A DNA stretch of 52,818 nucleotides, the filler included, from Trypethelium eluteriae (Eukaryota): assembly GCA_051942245.1 (NCBI GenBank). It is 2 parts of 2 records of this genome, joined end to end, with 100 filler letters (N's around TTAATTAATTAA, not from the genome) between each part and the next. Parts side by side here need not be neighbours in the genome. Positions count along the whole stretch, not along the records: positions 26,478 to 52,818 come from JAVECL010000355.1; 1 more part is not named here. One strand, 5' to 3'. The notes below the pieces were generated by a model. It did not search any database. It worked only from the letters and a program-made list of their open reading frames with translations, and was not told the origin of the DNA. Made by a program: the position numbers and the translations under genes. Of the stretch, positions 33,733 to 46,000 are shown one piece after another; within the stretch, counting starts at the first letter, position 1; the number at the start of each line of letters is the position of its first letter.

Positions 33733-36700
33733 ATGGTGCCGGTCCCGCAGCGAAGGAGTCGCGCTGAGACAGAGGATTCTCAAATTGTCTCAGTTGAGAG
33801 TGCGACGTCAGGTCTCCGCCAAAAATCTGTACGTAACCGTCTCTATGAACTGCTCTATCTCTGTACCTGACAAGATACAGGCGAAACGGCGTCGCCTGTC
33901 TACATTGAGTCCTGGACTAGACTCGGAATCCGAATTCGGTCGAGAGAGCCGGGACGTCACCGTCTATGAAGACGAACCCTTTGAACCCCAAGACTATGAC
34001 ACTCGACGCGATGCTAGGCTGGACGAAGAAACACAGCATCAAGAGAAAGATGATTTCAGATCAACACAGCTCGTACGGCAACATTTCGACGAAGCCAAAG
34101 AAAATAAGCCAGCCGAGAATGGTATCATTGAGCAAGTTGTCTGTCACAATTTCATGTGCCATAAGAAACTAGTAGTGAATCTCGGCCCGCTGATCAACTT
34201 TATTATTGGACACAACGGGAGTGGCAAGAGTGCGGTGCTTACTGCTTTGACCATTTGTCTAGGTGGAAAGGCGACTTCCACCAATCGTGGCCAAAATCTA
34301 AAAGCCTTCATCAAGGAAGGCGAAGAGTACGTGCATTGCACCAAACAGCTAGAGCAGCACTAATGGCGATAGCTCCTGTATGCTATCGGTGAAACTGAAG
34401 AATCATGGCGACACAGGTTACAGACCTGAATTATATGGCAATTCTATCCTCATCGAACGCCACTTCTCCCGAAGTGGAACATCTGGGTTCAAGATTAAGA
34501 ACGACAGCGGGCGAGTCATCTCAACAAAACGCTATGACCTGGACGAAATTTCCGACCACTTTGCGCTTCAACTTGACAATCCTATGAATGTCCTGACACA
34601 AGATATGGCTCGTCAATTCCTGAACAATTCATCAGCTGCCGACAAGTACAGATTTTTCGTGAAGGGCACGCAACTGGAACAGTTGGATAATGACTATCAT
34701 ATGATTGAACAATACGCCGATGCCATTGAAGGTCGGATTAGCACCAGACAGGAATCAATCAGTATCCTCGAGCAACGTTACAAGCAAGCGGACAACAAGC
34801 GAAAGATTGCCGAGAAGAATGAAACACTGAATGATAAAATCAGAGAACTCCGCAGACAATTCGCCTGGGCACAAGTAGAGGAGCAAGAACGGATACTCGA
34901 TTCAATGAAGGATAGGATTGATAACGCAGATGAAAAGATTGAGCAGAGGACGAGCGAGGCCGAGTCCTACGCTCAAGCCTTAGAATCTGCAGAACAGAAC
35001 TTGCAGCGAGCCGAAAACACAGTTATAGATCTCAAAAATGACCTACAACCACATGAAGATCATCACGCTGAACTCAGCAAACAGTTTAGCGCCAATAAGG
35101 AGAAGCTGATCCAACAACAGGTAAGGGCTTGAAAAATGCAAAAGCTTTGCGATGCTGATTCATCTCTAGACGCAACAACGCAATATCAACACGTCCTTGA
35201 GAGCAAGCAATTCAGCCATTGAAAAGGCCGAAGAGAGCATCCAAGAAGAAAAGAGAAGACTGGAAGATCAAAACGGTGGCGAACATGCTCGAAAACTTGA
35301 CGAGATACAGAAAGCCAAGGAGCGCGCGGCCGTCCTCAAGATTGAATTTGAAGCTCACTCTGCTGAACGTGCTAATTTAGATCGTAGCAAAGGTGACGCC
35401 CAGCGGGAAGCTTCTGAAGCTCGACCAGCACTTACTGAAAAGGCACAGGCTCTGCAAAACGCCGAAAAGATCCTGCAGAATTTGAATGACAACCGGGGCC
35501 AACAGAATGGTGCCTATCATCCGAAGACGTCAATTCTACTCAGGGCTATACAGGCCGAGACAAGATTCCGTGACCGCCCAGTTGGACCTCTTGGCCAGCA
35601 TATACGATTGAAACCATCCAAGACAGAATGGAGCTCCATTATTGAAAGAACTCTTGGTAATAACCTATCAGCATTTGTAGTTACAAACAAAGCCGATCAG
35701 AGTCTGCTCGACGAGATTAGCAAAAGAGTGAACTGTCCTTGCTCTGTCTTTATTGGAGATGGCCAGCCTCTAGATATCTCAAGATCACAACCCGACTCGC
35801 AGTATGATACAATCTTGAGGGTACTTGAGATTAAGAGTGATCTCGTCCGCAATCAATTGATCATCAACAATGCAATAGAGCAAACTGTGCTCATCAAGGA
35901 TCAGACGGATGCTTACAATTTTATCAATAATAATCCAGAAGGCCGTCCACGGAACACAAAGGCATGTTTGGCTTTTCATCCTACGCAGCGGGGTCATGGT
36001 CTGCGTTTTACAGCATCTGCAACGTCTTCGAAAATGGATCCAGTGCCGGCCTGGACACAGGGCAGTCGTTTGCAAACCGACACTGAGGCTCAGAAGAGGT
36101 ACGTCCAGTGGTGCAAACACCGCATTGATCCGACTGACGAATTTTTTGTAGAAATCAAGAAGCTCTTGTGCAGCATCTTCAAAGTGAACTCCAGCAGCTC
36201 CGAAGCAAGAGTCAGGCGCTTGAAAGCGCTCTGACTACCGCGGTTAGTAATATCGATCAGCATGAGAAGCGCAAGAAGGAACTGCAACTCCAGCAACAGA
36301 GGGCCGAGGAGGATGCAGAGCGACTTCGCGACGAACTTGACGAAGAAACACCGCAAGATGGGAAGCTAGACGAGCTGCAATCTCAACTAGAAAATTCCCG
36401 AGCAGAATCTCAGCAGTTCTCGACCGATTACGAAAATGCCATCATCGAGAAGGACAAGCTCAACCAAGACCAGACGGCGCTCAAGAGGCAATGCGAGGAG
36501 GCCAAAGCCACAGTGAACGAGTACAGGACCAAAATCGACAAAGCCGAGGCCAAGCTGCAGAAGCTCGTCGAGCACCGCACCACCGCCCTCCACGAGAAGA
36601 ACTCCGCCTTCGAACGCATCCAAGACGCGCGAGACGAAAAGCAGCAACTCGAGCAGAACTGCGCGCAGCAAGAAGCCAAAGTCGACAACTTCGACGGCCA

Positions 36701-37409
36701 AGCCAGCCAGATCTCCGCGCGCGTGCCCGTGCCCCCCAACGTCAGCCCAGACGACCTCGATCGGCGCCTTTCGAAGCTGATGAAGGACCTGGACGCGTAC
36801 CGGGCGCAGCAGGGGGGCTCGCTCGAGGACCTGACGAACGCGACGACGGCGGCGAAGAAGCAGTGGCGGACGGCGCAGCGGGAGCTCGACGGCTTCCTCG
36901 CCACGGCGGATCAGCTCAAGCGGTCGATGTTTCAGCGGCGGAACCGCTGGATGGATTTCCGCCGGTTCATCTCGAGTCGGGCGAGGGCGAACTTCACGTA
37001 TCTCCTCAGTGAGCGCGCGTTTCGCGGGAACTTGAAGCTGGATCATAAGAGTAAGTTGTTGGATCTGAGTGTCGAGCCGGATATTACGAGGGCATCGGAT
37101 CGGGGGAGGCAGACGAAGACGCTGTCGGGCGGGGAGAAGTCATTCTCGACGATTTGTTTGCTGCTGTCGATTTGGGAGGCGATGGGGTCGCCGATTCGCT
37201 GTCTGGATGAGTTCGATGTGTTTATGGATAATGTGAATCGGGATGTCAGCATGAAGATGATGATCAATGCGGCGAGGAGGAGTGTTGGCAGGCAGTTTGT
37301 CCTGATCACGCCGCAGGCGATGGGGAATGTGGATAGTGCAGAGGATGTGAGAATCCATAAGATGAGGGATCCGGAGAGAGGGCAGACTACTATTTCGTTT
37401 GGGAATTGA
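33733..37409 (+). CDS. SMC6: Structural maintenance of chromosomes protein 6; introns 33829-33880, 34327-34372, 35121-35169, 36099-36151
   Basis: NFMCH, Walker A GHNGSGKSAVLTALTICLGGKA, Q-loop LTQDMARQFL, hinge PVGPLG, signature LSGGEKSF, Walker B CLDEFDVFMD, DPERGQ terminus. The introns join the four ORF-track pieces in frame. Confidence 0.95.
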
Positions 37410-38051
37410 GTCGTAGGTGTTCCGGTCTCAGGTCTTCCTAATGGGCATGAGTATGGGTCAGGCAGCGTTTGGCTAGGCTCTTTTTTAGCTTTGTGTCGTA
37501 ACACTGGTGTTCTTAGTAGCGTACAGCGAATTATCTGAATTCCTTCTGAAATGTCTGCAAGATTATGAAGAGATCACTGTATTTAGATACTCTTATTGAA
37601 TTTACATCTCGCGGTACGTCGTCCCTACGTTCGCTCGTACGTGGCAAGGGGTAGCTGCATTACTGACCTTCATACGGCTTAGACGTATCTTAAATCCAAC
37701 TCGTGGATCAGCTCTCCACACACACTGCGTTGCTTTGGTCCCTTCAGAGCCATGGCACCAAGGAGCATTGGACCTGCTCACGAAATAACTGAGCTAGAGA
37801 ATTATTTTTATCCTTTATAAACACAGTGAATGATTAAATGACGATTTAAAGTGACTGGATATTCAATAACTTTCTCAGAATATACCTGCAAATCCTGTAA
37901 TCTGCAACAACTCCCATCATGACCGACGAAAAACGCCGAATCTTTATGCCCCTTACCCGAAATATTCCTAGATCCCAAATCCAAAGATTCATATCTACAT
38001 GATGTGAGATGTGCACGAAGAGGTAACTCAGTGACCGTCGTGCTAAGACGT

Positions 38052-38770
38052 CTAGTAGTCGTACTGACTTCGACTAACTTGAGCGGCAATAACAATAATC
38101 CAGATGAACCACACAGCACCGATAATCCAGAACGCGAAGACGGCATCCCATGACTGGCCTAAGACACCAATGCATTAGCTTCCTTGATCTCCTCAAAGCT
38201 TTGCGAGTTCAGAGAACACACTAATCCCGCTGTGTGAACTTACATATACTGTTCTGTTCCAGCCACGCCAACGTGTTCACGCTCACGCCGGTGCTCTGAT
38301 TATTCACAACCGAGTTCTGGCAAGCACTGCTGACGTTGCCGGCACCGAAGAGCTGGATGCCGGTCTCGATGGCACCAACGATGTAGAGGACAAGCAGGAT
38401 GAAGGCGCCGAGGAGGACGAGGCCAGGAAGGAGACGTCGCTGCATAATGAGGAGGAGCAATATGAGGATGAAGATGATGGTGAGAGCGCCGACGGTGATG
38501 CCGTAGGGAAAGATCCTGAATTGGGAGAAGGTCAGTTTAGTACAGTGCTTCGGGCTGTTTGAGATGGAAGTAAAAGCTGGCCAGAAAGTTGACCTACCAT
38601 GGTATGCCTAATCGCATCTGCTTTTGTATCACGAGGAACTGCGCATTGATCCCTAAGACTATACTTGCGGCGGCCAGAGCTGTGAGAATCCAGAAGTTTA
38701 GTTGTAAGTCCGGCCAGTAGTATCGTTGTCGCACGACCGTAACGGATCTTGCAATCGTTGATCGCGCCAT
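38052..38770 (-). CDS. Conserved fungal 4-TM (MARVEL-like) membrane protein; exons 38770-38598, 38515-38244, 38158-38052
   Basis: Spliced product MARSTIARSVTVVRQRYYWPDLQLNFWIL...LGIPW|IFPYGITVGAL...LAWLEQNSIC|QSWDAVFAFWIIG...SQYDY*. Four hydrophobic helices and canonical introns. Confidence 0.8.
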
Positions 38771-40048
38771 TGTGGTCTCTGGAAGTTGCGGTCTCTTCTA
38801 GGGCCGAGAGGTTTTGGCGAGCGGTCGAGAGGCAGGAGTCGACGTTCGAAAGAGATGGCTATGAATGAGGAAGGTTGGAGGCTTGGTCTGGAAGCGCGAT
38901 ACTTTCAGATTCTTGGCCGAGGTGGAACTGCGCGCAAAAGTTTCGGGTGCGACTTCGACGATTGAAATGTGAGTAGTACAAGTACAACGGAAGAGAAGGT
39001 CTTGTGCTCGTGGTGAGTTTGTTGCGAGCCCAATTCTCTTAGAGCTCCTCTCGTCTAGCAGTCCTGAATTGAAATGCGCGCCGAGTTGATTGCTTCAAGG
39101 GCGCGATGATTGGAATTTTATTCAGGTTGGACTTAGTGCGGAAGGCTGCAGAAAATCGTCGGAGAGAAAGGCGGAAAGGACAAACAATGTGCAAGAAAAG
39201 CAGGCTACTAAGACTTGACGGTCGAGAGCTGGGCGAAATGTTTCTGAGCGCGATGACTTGGTGGGCTGCCGTCATGGGTGGCTGGTGGGGGAGCATGGCA
39301 CGTGCACTGGTGGCTTTCTAGATGGCTGGAGGCCGGGCGCTAACTACATGTATTCAAGCACGTAAAGGCCGGGACTCCCCGGTCTGGTCCGGGCTGCCTT
39401 CCACTTTCTCCCGCACACGTCACGGCACCCGTGGCACCGTCATGCATGCAAAATTGTTCCAAACTCATCCTCCAGATCATCATGAGGACAACAGGGAGGC
39501 CAAGATTAAGCCGACGCGCCGCTCCGTACAAATGTGATACTCTCGTCTCTTGCGGAGGTTCGAGGTGGCATCCTTTTCGAAAAGGTGAGCGGAGAGAAAA
39601 TCCTAGTCATGAGTTTGGACACAACAATTCAAACTTTGCACTTATTCTATTGAATATTTGAGCAGTATGTACACCTGGGTGGGTTTAAGAAAAAAGAGCT
39701 GGATTTACGTTTAGCCTGGTCCAAGCACTGGCCGTTGAACTCAGAGCCTCTTCGCCACGACATCTAATTGCAAGAAAACAACTGCAGCACGCTGATGATG
39801 TATGTAAATGCCCAAAAATCTAGCGCAAACGCCTCGCTATGCTATGAACGCCAAAAGACCACTCCTACTACTATACAGTTCTACAACTTCCGACTGGGAT
39901 GTCTCAAACTCCTTGGCTCCCTCTCTCCAGAGTGGGTCGTTGCACCTCCTTCTCTTGCGTTGTGTTCTCTCTGTTAACATCAACTCTATCACTGTTGGCT
40001 CCGTAGAACCTACCTGGTATCCCATACTTTCTTGAGCGGATACCAGAG

Positions 40049-43000
40049 TCAGTACGGAGTACCAGCTGCACCCCTAGCCGCAACAGAACTCGGCGGTCTG
40101 TAAGATGGTGTCGGACTTGTAACAACTCGGCGGGAAAAGGAATTAGTAGCACCGTCTTTCGACTGCAGTAACGGCGGTGACGCGGTTTGGGTTCTGGATG
40201 GACCGGACTGCGCCGGTGACGCCGCCTGGGCAGCAGCAATCCGATGGGGAATAGGCAGAACCCCTGAGGTCTTTCTCTGTGTTGCAATAACTTTGGCTCG
40301 TGTCCCGTCCCTCACACGGTTCCGGGCAGGAGAAGGCGACTCTAAGAATGAGCGACTCGGCTCTGGCTCGTCGATCATGCGAAACTTCTCTTTGCGGCCC
40401 TGAGCGGGCGTCGAAGTGCCATTGCTTGCGACAGGTGATTGCACTGTCGAGCGCTCTGCTGTCTGAATCTTGTCGTCTCTTCTGATCGCCTCGGGGCTCC
40501 CTGCTTTAACAGGTGTCATAGGTACAGACTTTGCAGTCCCAATCCTGGTTCTGGTCATTGCATTGTTTTCTCTGTCCCGAGACCCAAGACTTAATCTTTC
40601 CACTTCAAGTTCGAAACTCTTCGACATCTGTTCAAATTCGCTCGGCGAAACGGACAGATCATTCTCCAAATTGTCTCTATCTTGTAGAAGCCGGGAGATC
40701 TGTGCATCAAATTGCTCACTTAATATTTGAACATTTTGTTCGTGCTTGATCTCAATCTGAGACTTTTTGGTTGCAACCTCGTGATCATGCTCTGCAACCA
40801 GCCGAGCGTCAGCATCCTTGAGTGCTTGCTTGCGTCGAGGGGTGAGCTCTTCAATTTTTGTCGAGCTTTCGTCGCCTTTAGCTGTTTCAACATCATCTGT
40901 GTACTGTGCAACAAGCTCGGCCCGTGCTTGAGCCAAGTCCTCCTCTTGTTTGGTGGCTAGTCTTTGCTCAAGCTCGGCCCGTTCCTGCAACATCACCTCA
41001 TATTTGGTAGTATATTCTCCCGAAAGGTGGTCCTTGGCCTTTTGAAGATCGCCAACATGCTCACGAATCTTCTGCGCAAAGAGTGTTTCATTGGCACTGA
41101 TGGCTTTGCCCAGATCCGAAAGCTCGAGCTCAGCACGACGAAGATATTCTTCAAAGGACTGCGGCGATGCATCATGCCTCTTTGCTGATTGCTTTATCTG
41201 CTTTGCTATCTTTTGCGGCCCAGAAGCATTTTCTAGAGCATCTAAAGTCGCCTTTCTTGAGATTTCCGGTTGGTCTGGTATCGCCTGCTGTCGCTGTGCT
41301 TTTGCTGCTGCTCTAGCCCGCACGAGCTCCAGACGGAGATCGCTGAGGTGCTGACGAAGCTCATCATTCTCTTGCCGGAGATCAGCATTTCCTTCACCAA
41401 GATTCGAAGTTGTTGGGGTGTTGTTGCGCGGTGGAAGTACCGCAAAAGTCTTGCCTGTATCTTTACGGGAATATGAAGGAATCTCCTTATTTTCGGACCG
41501 AGTCTGTTGGAGTTGTTGCTCTAGCGCACGCAGCTGAGTCTTCAAGAAGTCTTGCTCCTTGAAATTGCGAGACTCGCGTTTCTTGGCTTGGAGTAATCGC
41601 TTGCGAAGCGAATCTTCGGCGGACTTGTCGTCCGAGGTTCTGCCTTCTGTATTGAGTCGAAATGTTGCTACTTGAGCTGCTAAAGTATCACGTTCCTCTT
41701 CGATAGATTTCGCTGCTCCTAGCACTCTCTGCATCTCCTCTTCCGTTCTCCTGGTAAAATTCTTTTGATAAGTCGAGGCCTCCTCGAGTCTTTGTTTCAA
41801 TGTATTGATCTCATCGGCCGTGTTGAAACCCATCCTTCTCTCTCTTTCTCCTTCGATGAGGCTGTTGTCCAGCTGTTGTCGAAGTGACCCCATCTCGGAA
41901 AGAACGGAAGCCTTTTCATCGAAAATTCTCTTGTTCGTCTCCAAAGCCTCTTGAAGCTTTTCTTGTATGGCACTTAATTCAGTAGAATGTAACGCTCGCA
42001 AGGACTCTAGGTCTGACTCGTGTTGCGCCGCTCGTGCAGTGACTTCCGACTCAGACTTGCTTTGAGCGTTCGCCACGACTTCCACCAAGGCGGCCCTGTG
42101 CGAGTCCTGTAAATCTGTCAACTTGGTCTCGAAAACTTGCCTTTCGTTGCTAAGAGCCTCCTCGAGCACCTGCCTATGATGCTCCTCAGAGGCATGGAGA
42201 TCCTCAGTTGCAGTTTTTCGATTGTCTTGCAATACTCGTTCATGGGCTTCTTCCATATCTTGCGCATGTGCTCGATGAGACTCACGCAATTGATTCACCA
42301 GCTTAGCATGTTCTTCCGCCTGGGAATTAAGCAATTCCTTGCGAGCTACCTCGGCATCTGCAAGCTCTCTAGCTAGCCTCGACTCGAGATCAGCAACTGT
42401 GGATTTGTGCCTTTCATCCGTCTCGGTGGTCTGCTGGGCATGCTTTTCTTGGAAATTGGCCAAGATTTCCCCATGGCTGGATTTGGCGTCTACCAAGCTT
42501 GCTTCTAAATCGGCAATTCTTCTTGTCATTCGATTGTCGAGGCTAGCAAGCTCAGACTTATGCGCAACTTCAGCTTCTAACATAAGGCGATTGTGTAGAT
42601 CTTTTGCCGTTGTCATTTCGGATTGATGAGACTCCTGTCCTGCTTTCATTGCGGCCTCGTGTTTCAGTCTGGCTTCTTCAAGTTCTTTACGTTTCCTTGA
42701 CTGAACATCAGACAGCTCGTGGGCTTGTCGGTCTTTTAGCTCTCTCATGGCAACGCGTTGGGATTCTTCAACTTCTTTCACACGTCTCGCATGATCAGCC
42801 TTCAATTCTTCTGCCTTTCGAGTTCCCATGTCCTTGACGTTTTCAGCTTCGCGCTTCCAGATCCTTTCGAGCTCCTTTCGCTCTTCAGCGCAACGTGTTT
42901 CGACCGTTCGAAGTGATTGCTCAGAATCCTTAATTTGTCGCTGATGCTTATCTTTGAGCTCTTGCATTTCTTTGCGCTTAGTCGACTCTGCATCCGCAAG

Positions 43001-46000
43001 CTTGAAAGCCATGTGATCCTCTAAATCCTTCAGTGCGGACCGATGAGAGAATTCTGCCTCTCGAAGTCTTTGCTGGCTATCTCCCCAATTCGTTCTGAGC
43101 TCTTCGAGTTCCGAATCGTGCTTTTTTTGTATCTCTTGTAACTTTCTCCAATGCATATTCTTCGCCTCGCCAAGATGGTTCTGCAACGTCGCAGTTTCCT
43201 GGTGCGCCTCCTCCAATGATGTTGCATGTGCTTGTTCCGTGTTCTTGAGCCGTTGCCGTAGACTCTGCTCGATCCCTGCGGCTCGAGAGCGCTCTTCCTC
43301 GGCCGCTCGATTGCTCCGTTCCAGATCCTGGCGACGCGTTTGTTGAATTTCGTCGATCATCTTTTGAAGACCGTCCGCTTGGTCGTAAGCTTCCCGTCGT
43401 TCCTGCTCTATAGAGGCGACTTGTCGAGAATGAGCCCCTTCGGCGTCACGAAATCCAGATTTTTCTTTTTCCAACTGTTTTTCGAATTGTGTAATCCGGC
43501 TATCAAGCGCCTTCTTGACATCTTCATGATTCAGATTTACATCTGCAATCTGCCGAATGGATTCATCACGCTCACGCTCCAAGCTTTGAACTCGTTCGGA
43601 ATGGATTCGCTCAGCTTCCGAGAATTTAGAAGCCTCCTCATTCAAACGGGTCAAATTTTCTTGATGCTTGATATCAGCAGTATGCCTCGACTCTTCCAGG
43701 GCGGCTTCGAGACCCACAAGTTTGCTCATAGCATTCGCAAGTTCTTGGTCGAGGGTATTAAGGCGTTGCTTATGAAGTCCTTCTGCCTCTGTCACGTCCC
43801 GCTGGTGGTCGCTTTCCGCTTTGGCAAACTTGGACTGGCTTTCTTTCAGTTGACTCTCCAGTTCTTCGACACGACTTTCCATTGACTGGAGCGACTGGCT
43901 GGATGCATTATGTAAAGCCTTGTAATCGTCTCTCATCGCTTGAAGCTGCTGGGAGGTAGTTTCATGTGCTTTTTCGGTGTCCACAACTCTATTACGCTCT
44001 GTTGAGAGATCCTCCAAGGCTTTGTCATGGGCTTCAATTGCTTCTGTAGCCTTTGAACGGCTTTCGTCCGCCCGATGTTCGAGGTCCTTAAGGCGAACTT
44101 CTAATTCTTGCTTGGATCGTTTGAAAGACTGTTCAAGATTTGCTAGCTGGCGTTCTTTCTCCTCCAATTGCTTCGATGCCACGCGGTGTGCTTCATCCGC
44201 TTTCGACACGCTCGAGCGCTCTGCAGCAAGATCGTTGAGCATCTGTTCGCGGTCTCGTTCCAAATCGGCCATCTTTGAGCGGCTTTGGTTGATTTCGCTC
44301 TCGAGCTCATCACTACGGGTCTCCAACTGTTCCTTCAATTTGGTTTCAGAATGTTGGAGATGCTTGATTTGCTCCTCAGCTTCTCGTAGCCGATCAGCCT
44401 TTACTTGATCAGCTTTCTCGATGGCTGCAAGCTTGGAGCGCTCCGCAGCCAGATCCTTGAGTGCCTGTCCGAATTGGTCCTCGTGTAGCTGCCTTAGTTG
44501 GTCTGATGATGTCTGGAGATCTTCGAGGCGAGATCCTAGAACGTCACGCTCTTCCTTCACTTTTTCGTAATAGTCTTGCAGTTCCGTAGAATTTGACTGC
44601 TCGTTCTTGAGCTGGGTTTGCAGGTCCTGAACATCGCGCTCGTGTGTCCCAAGAGCCTCTTGGAGATTCTCAATTTGCTGTTTCGCATCAGCACCCTCGT
44701 TACTTGCAGTGTTGTGAGCGTTCTCGAGTTCCACGAGGGTTGACTGCTCCGTCTTCAGCTGATCTTGCAAGGAGCGAATTCCGTCCCGTTGCCTTTCAAA
44801 AGACTCTTGTGCATCGCTCAGTTGACCGCGTACTATAGTCAACTCGTCCGTTGTCTCAGCAAGGGCGTTCTCTGTTTCCGTCTGCTTTAGACATTCATTA
44901 TGCAACTGCTTCTGCAGAACCTGGTTCTCGCCCTCGTACCTGTTCTTGATCTCCGAGATCTCATGCTCAAGCTGCACTTTCGCAGAACTGTGCTCCTCTT
45001 TCGCCTGAGTATATGCGCTCTCAAGGTCTGCGTGTTTCGTGCGTGCGTTCTCCAGCTTTTCCTGCATGGTTTGAGTCTCGTCTTCGTGCTTCTGTCTCAG
45101 CCGAGAAAGCTGAAACTCATGGCTTTGCTGAGTTTCCTCAGACGCCTTTTTCCAATTTTCCTCAGCAGTCGCGTGATCGGATATCACTTGAGCATGTTCT
45201 GCCGTTGTAGTTTCTGAAATAGTTCGAAGACTCTCGAGTTCATCTCTAGTAGCCTGTAAAGCAGCCTTGGACTCCTCGGCCTCCTGCTTCGTAGCTGACA
45301 GGGAAGATCGTACCTCTTTCAAGGTGTCTTCAAGATTGTGACTTTGTTTAATATAGGTGATCCGCACTCCTTCTAAAGCATCCCGAGCCGTTCGTGCCTC
45401 CTTTTCCCTCTTCGACAATTGACTATCAAGCTCTCGAAGATTTCCCTCAAGTCCCTCTCTCTGCTTTTGATACTCTGAATGAGCACGACGCAAGTCCTCC
45501 TGCAGAGTCGTGATATTCCCGTCTTTCTCCAATTGCAGAGTCTTCAAATCATTGAGCTCCGTTCGCACGGCTTCCGACGCGTTGAGAGCCTCCGCAGCAT
45601 CTTGTCGGGCTTTCTCGAGTGATTCGTTAGCATCTTTCAGACTTCGCCGTTGTGAATCTTTTTCCGAGTCATGCGTTGCCTGGAGCTTTTGTATTCCCTC
45701 CTTTGCTGTCAAAAGTTCCCGATCCTTTTGGAGTAGGGAAGCTTCAAGATGTTGTGCTTTTGTGTGTACCTCCTGGTTACGTTCGCCAAGTTCTTTGAGT
45801 TCCCTGTTCCTCGAATCTGCTAGTTTCTTTATTTCTTCGAGATAGACACGAGTTTCGTCACGCTCGTTTGTGATACATTCTAAAGTACCTTGTTGATCGC
45901 CCATCTGCTTTTGCCCCTCATGCAATTGTGACTCTAGGCCCTGCGTCCTCTTTTCGAGCTCACCATGTGCTTGGGTGAGCTTGTCAAGTTCTTTGGCTCT

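Noticed and set aside
36387..37504. Long antisense and alternative-frame ORFs (219, 158, 173, 153 aa) over SMC6
   Set aside because: By-products of the locally GC-rich, skewed codon usage of SMC6.
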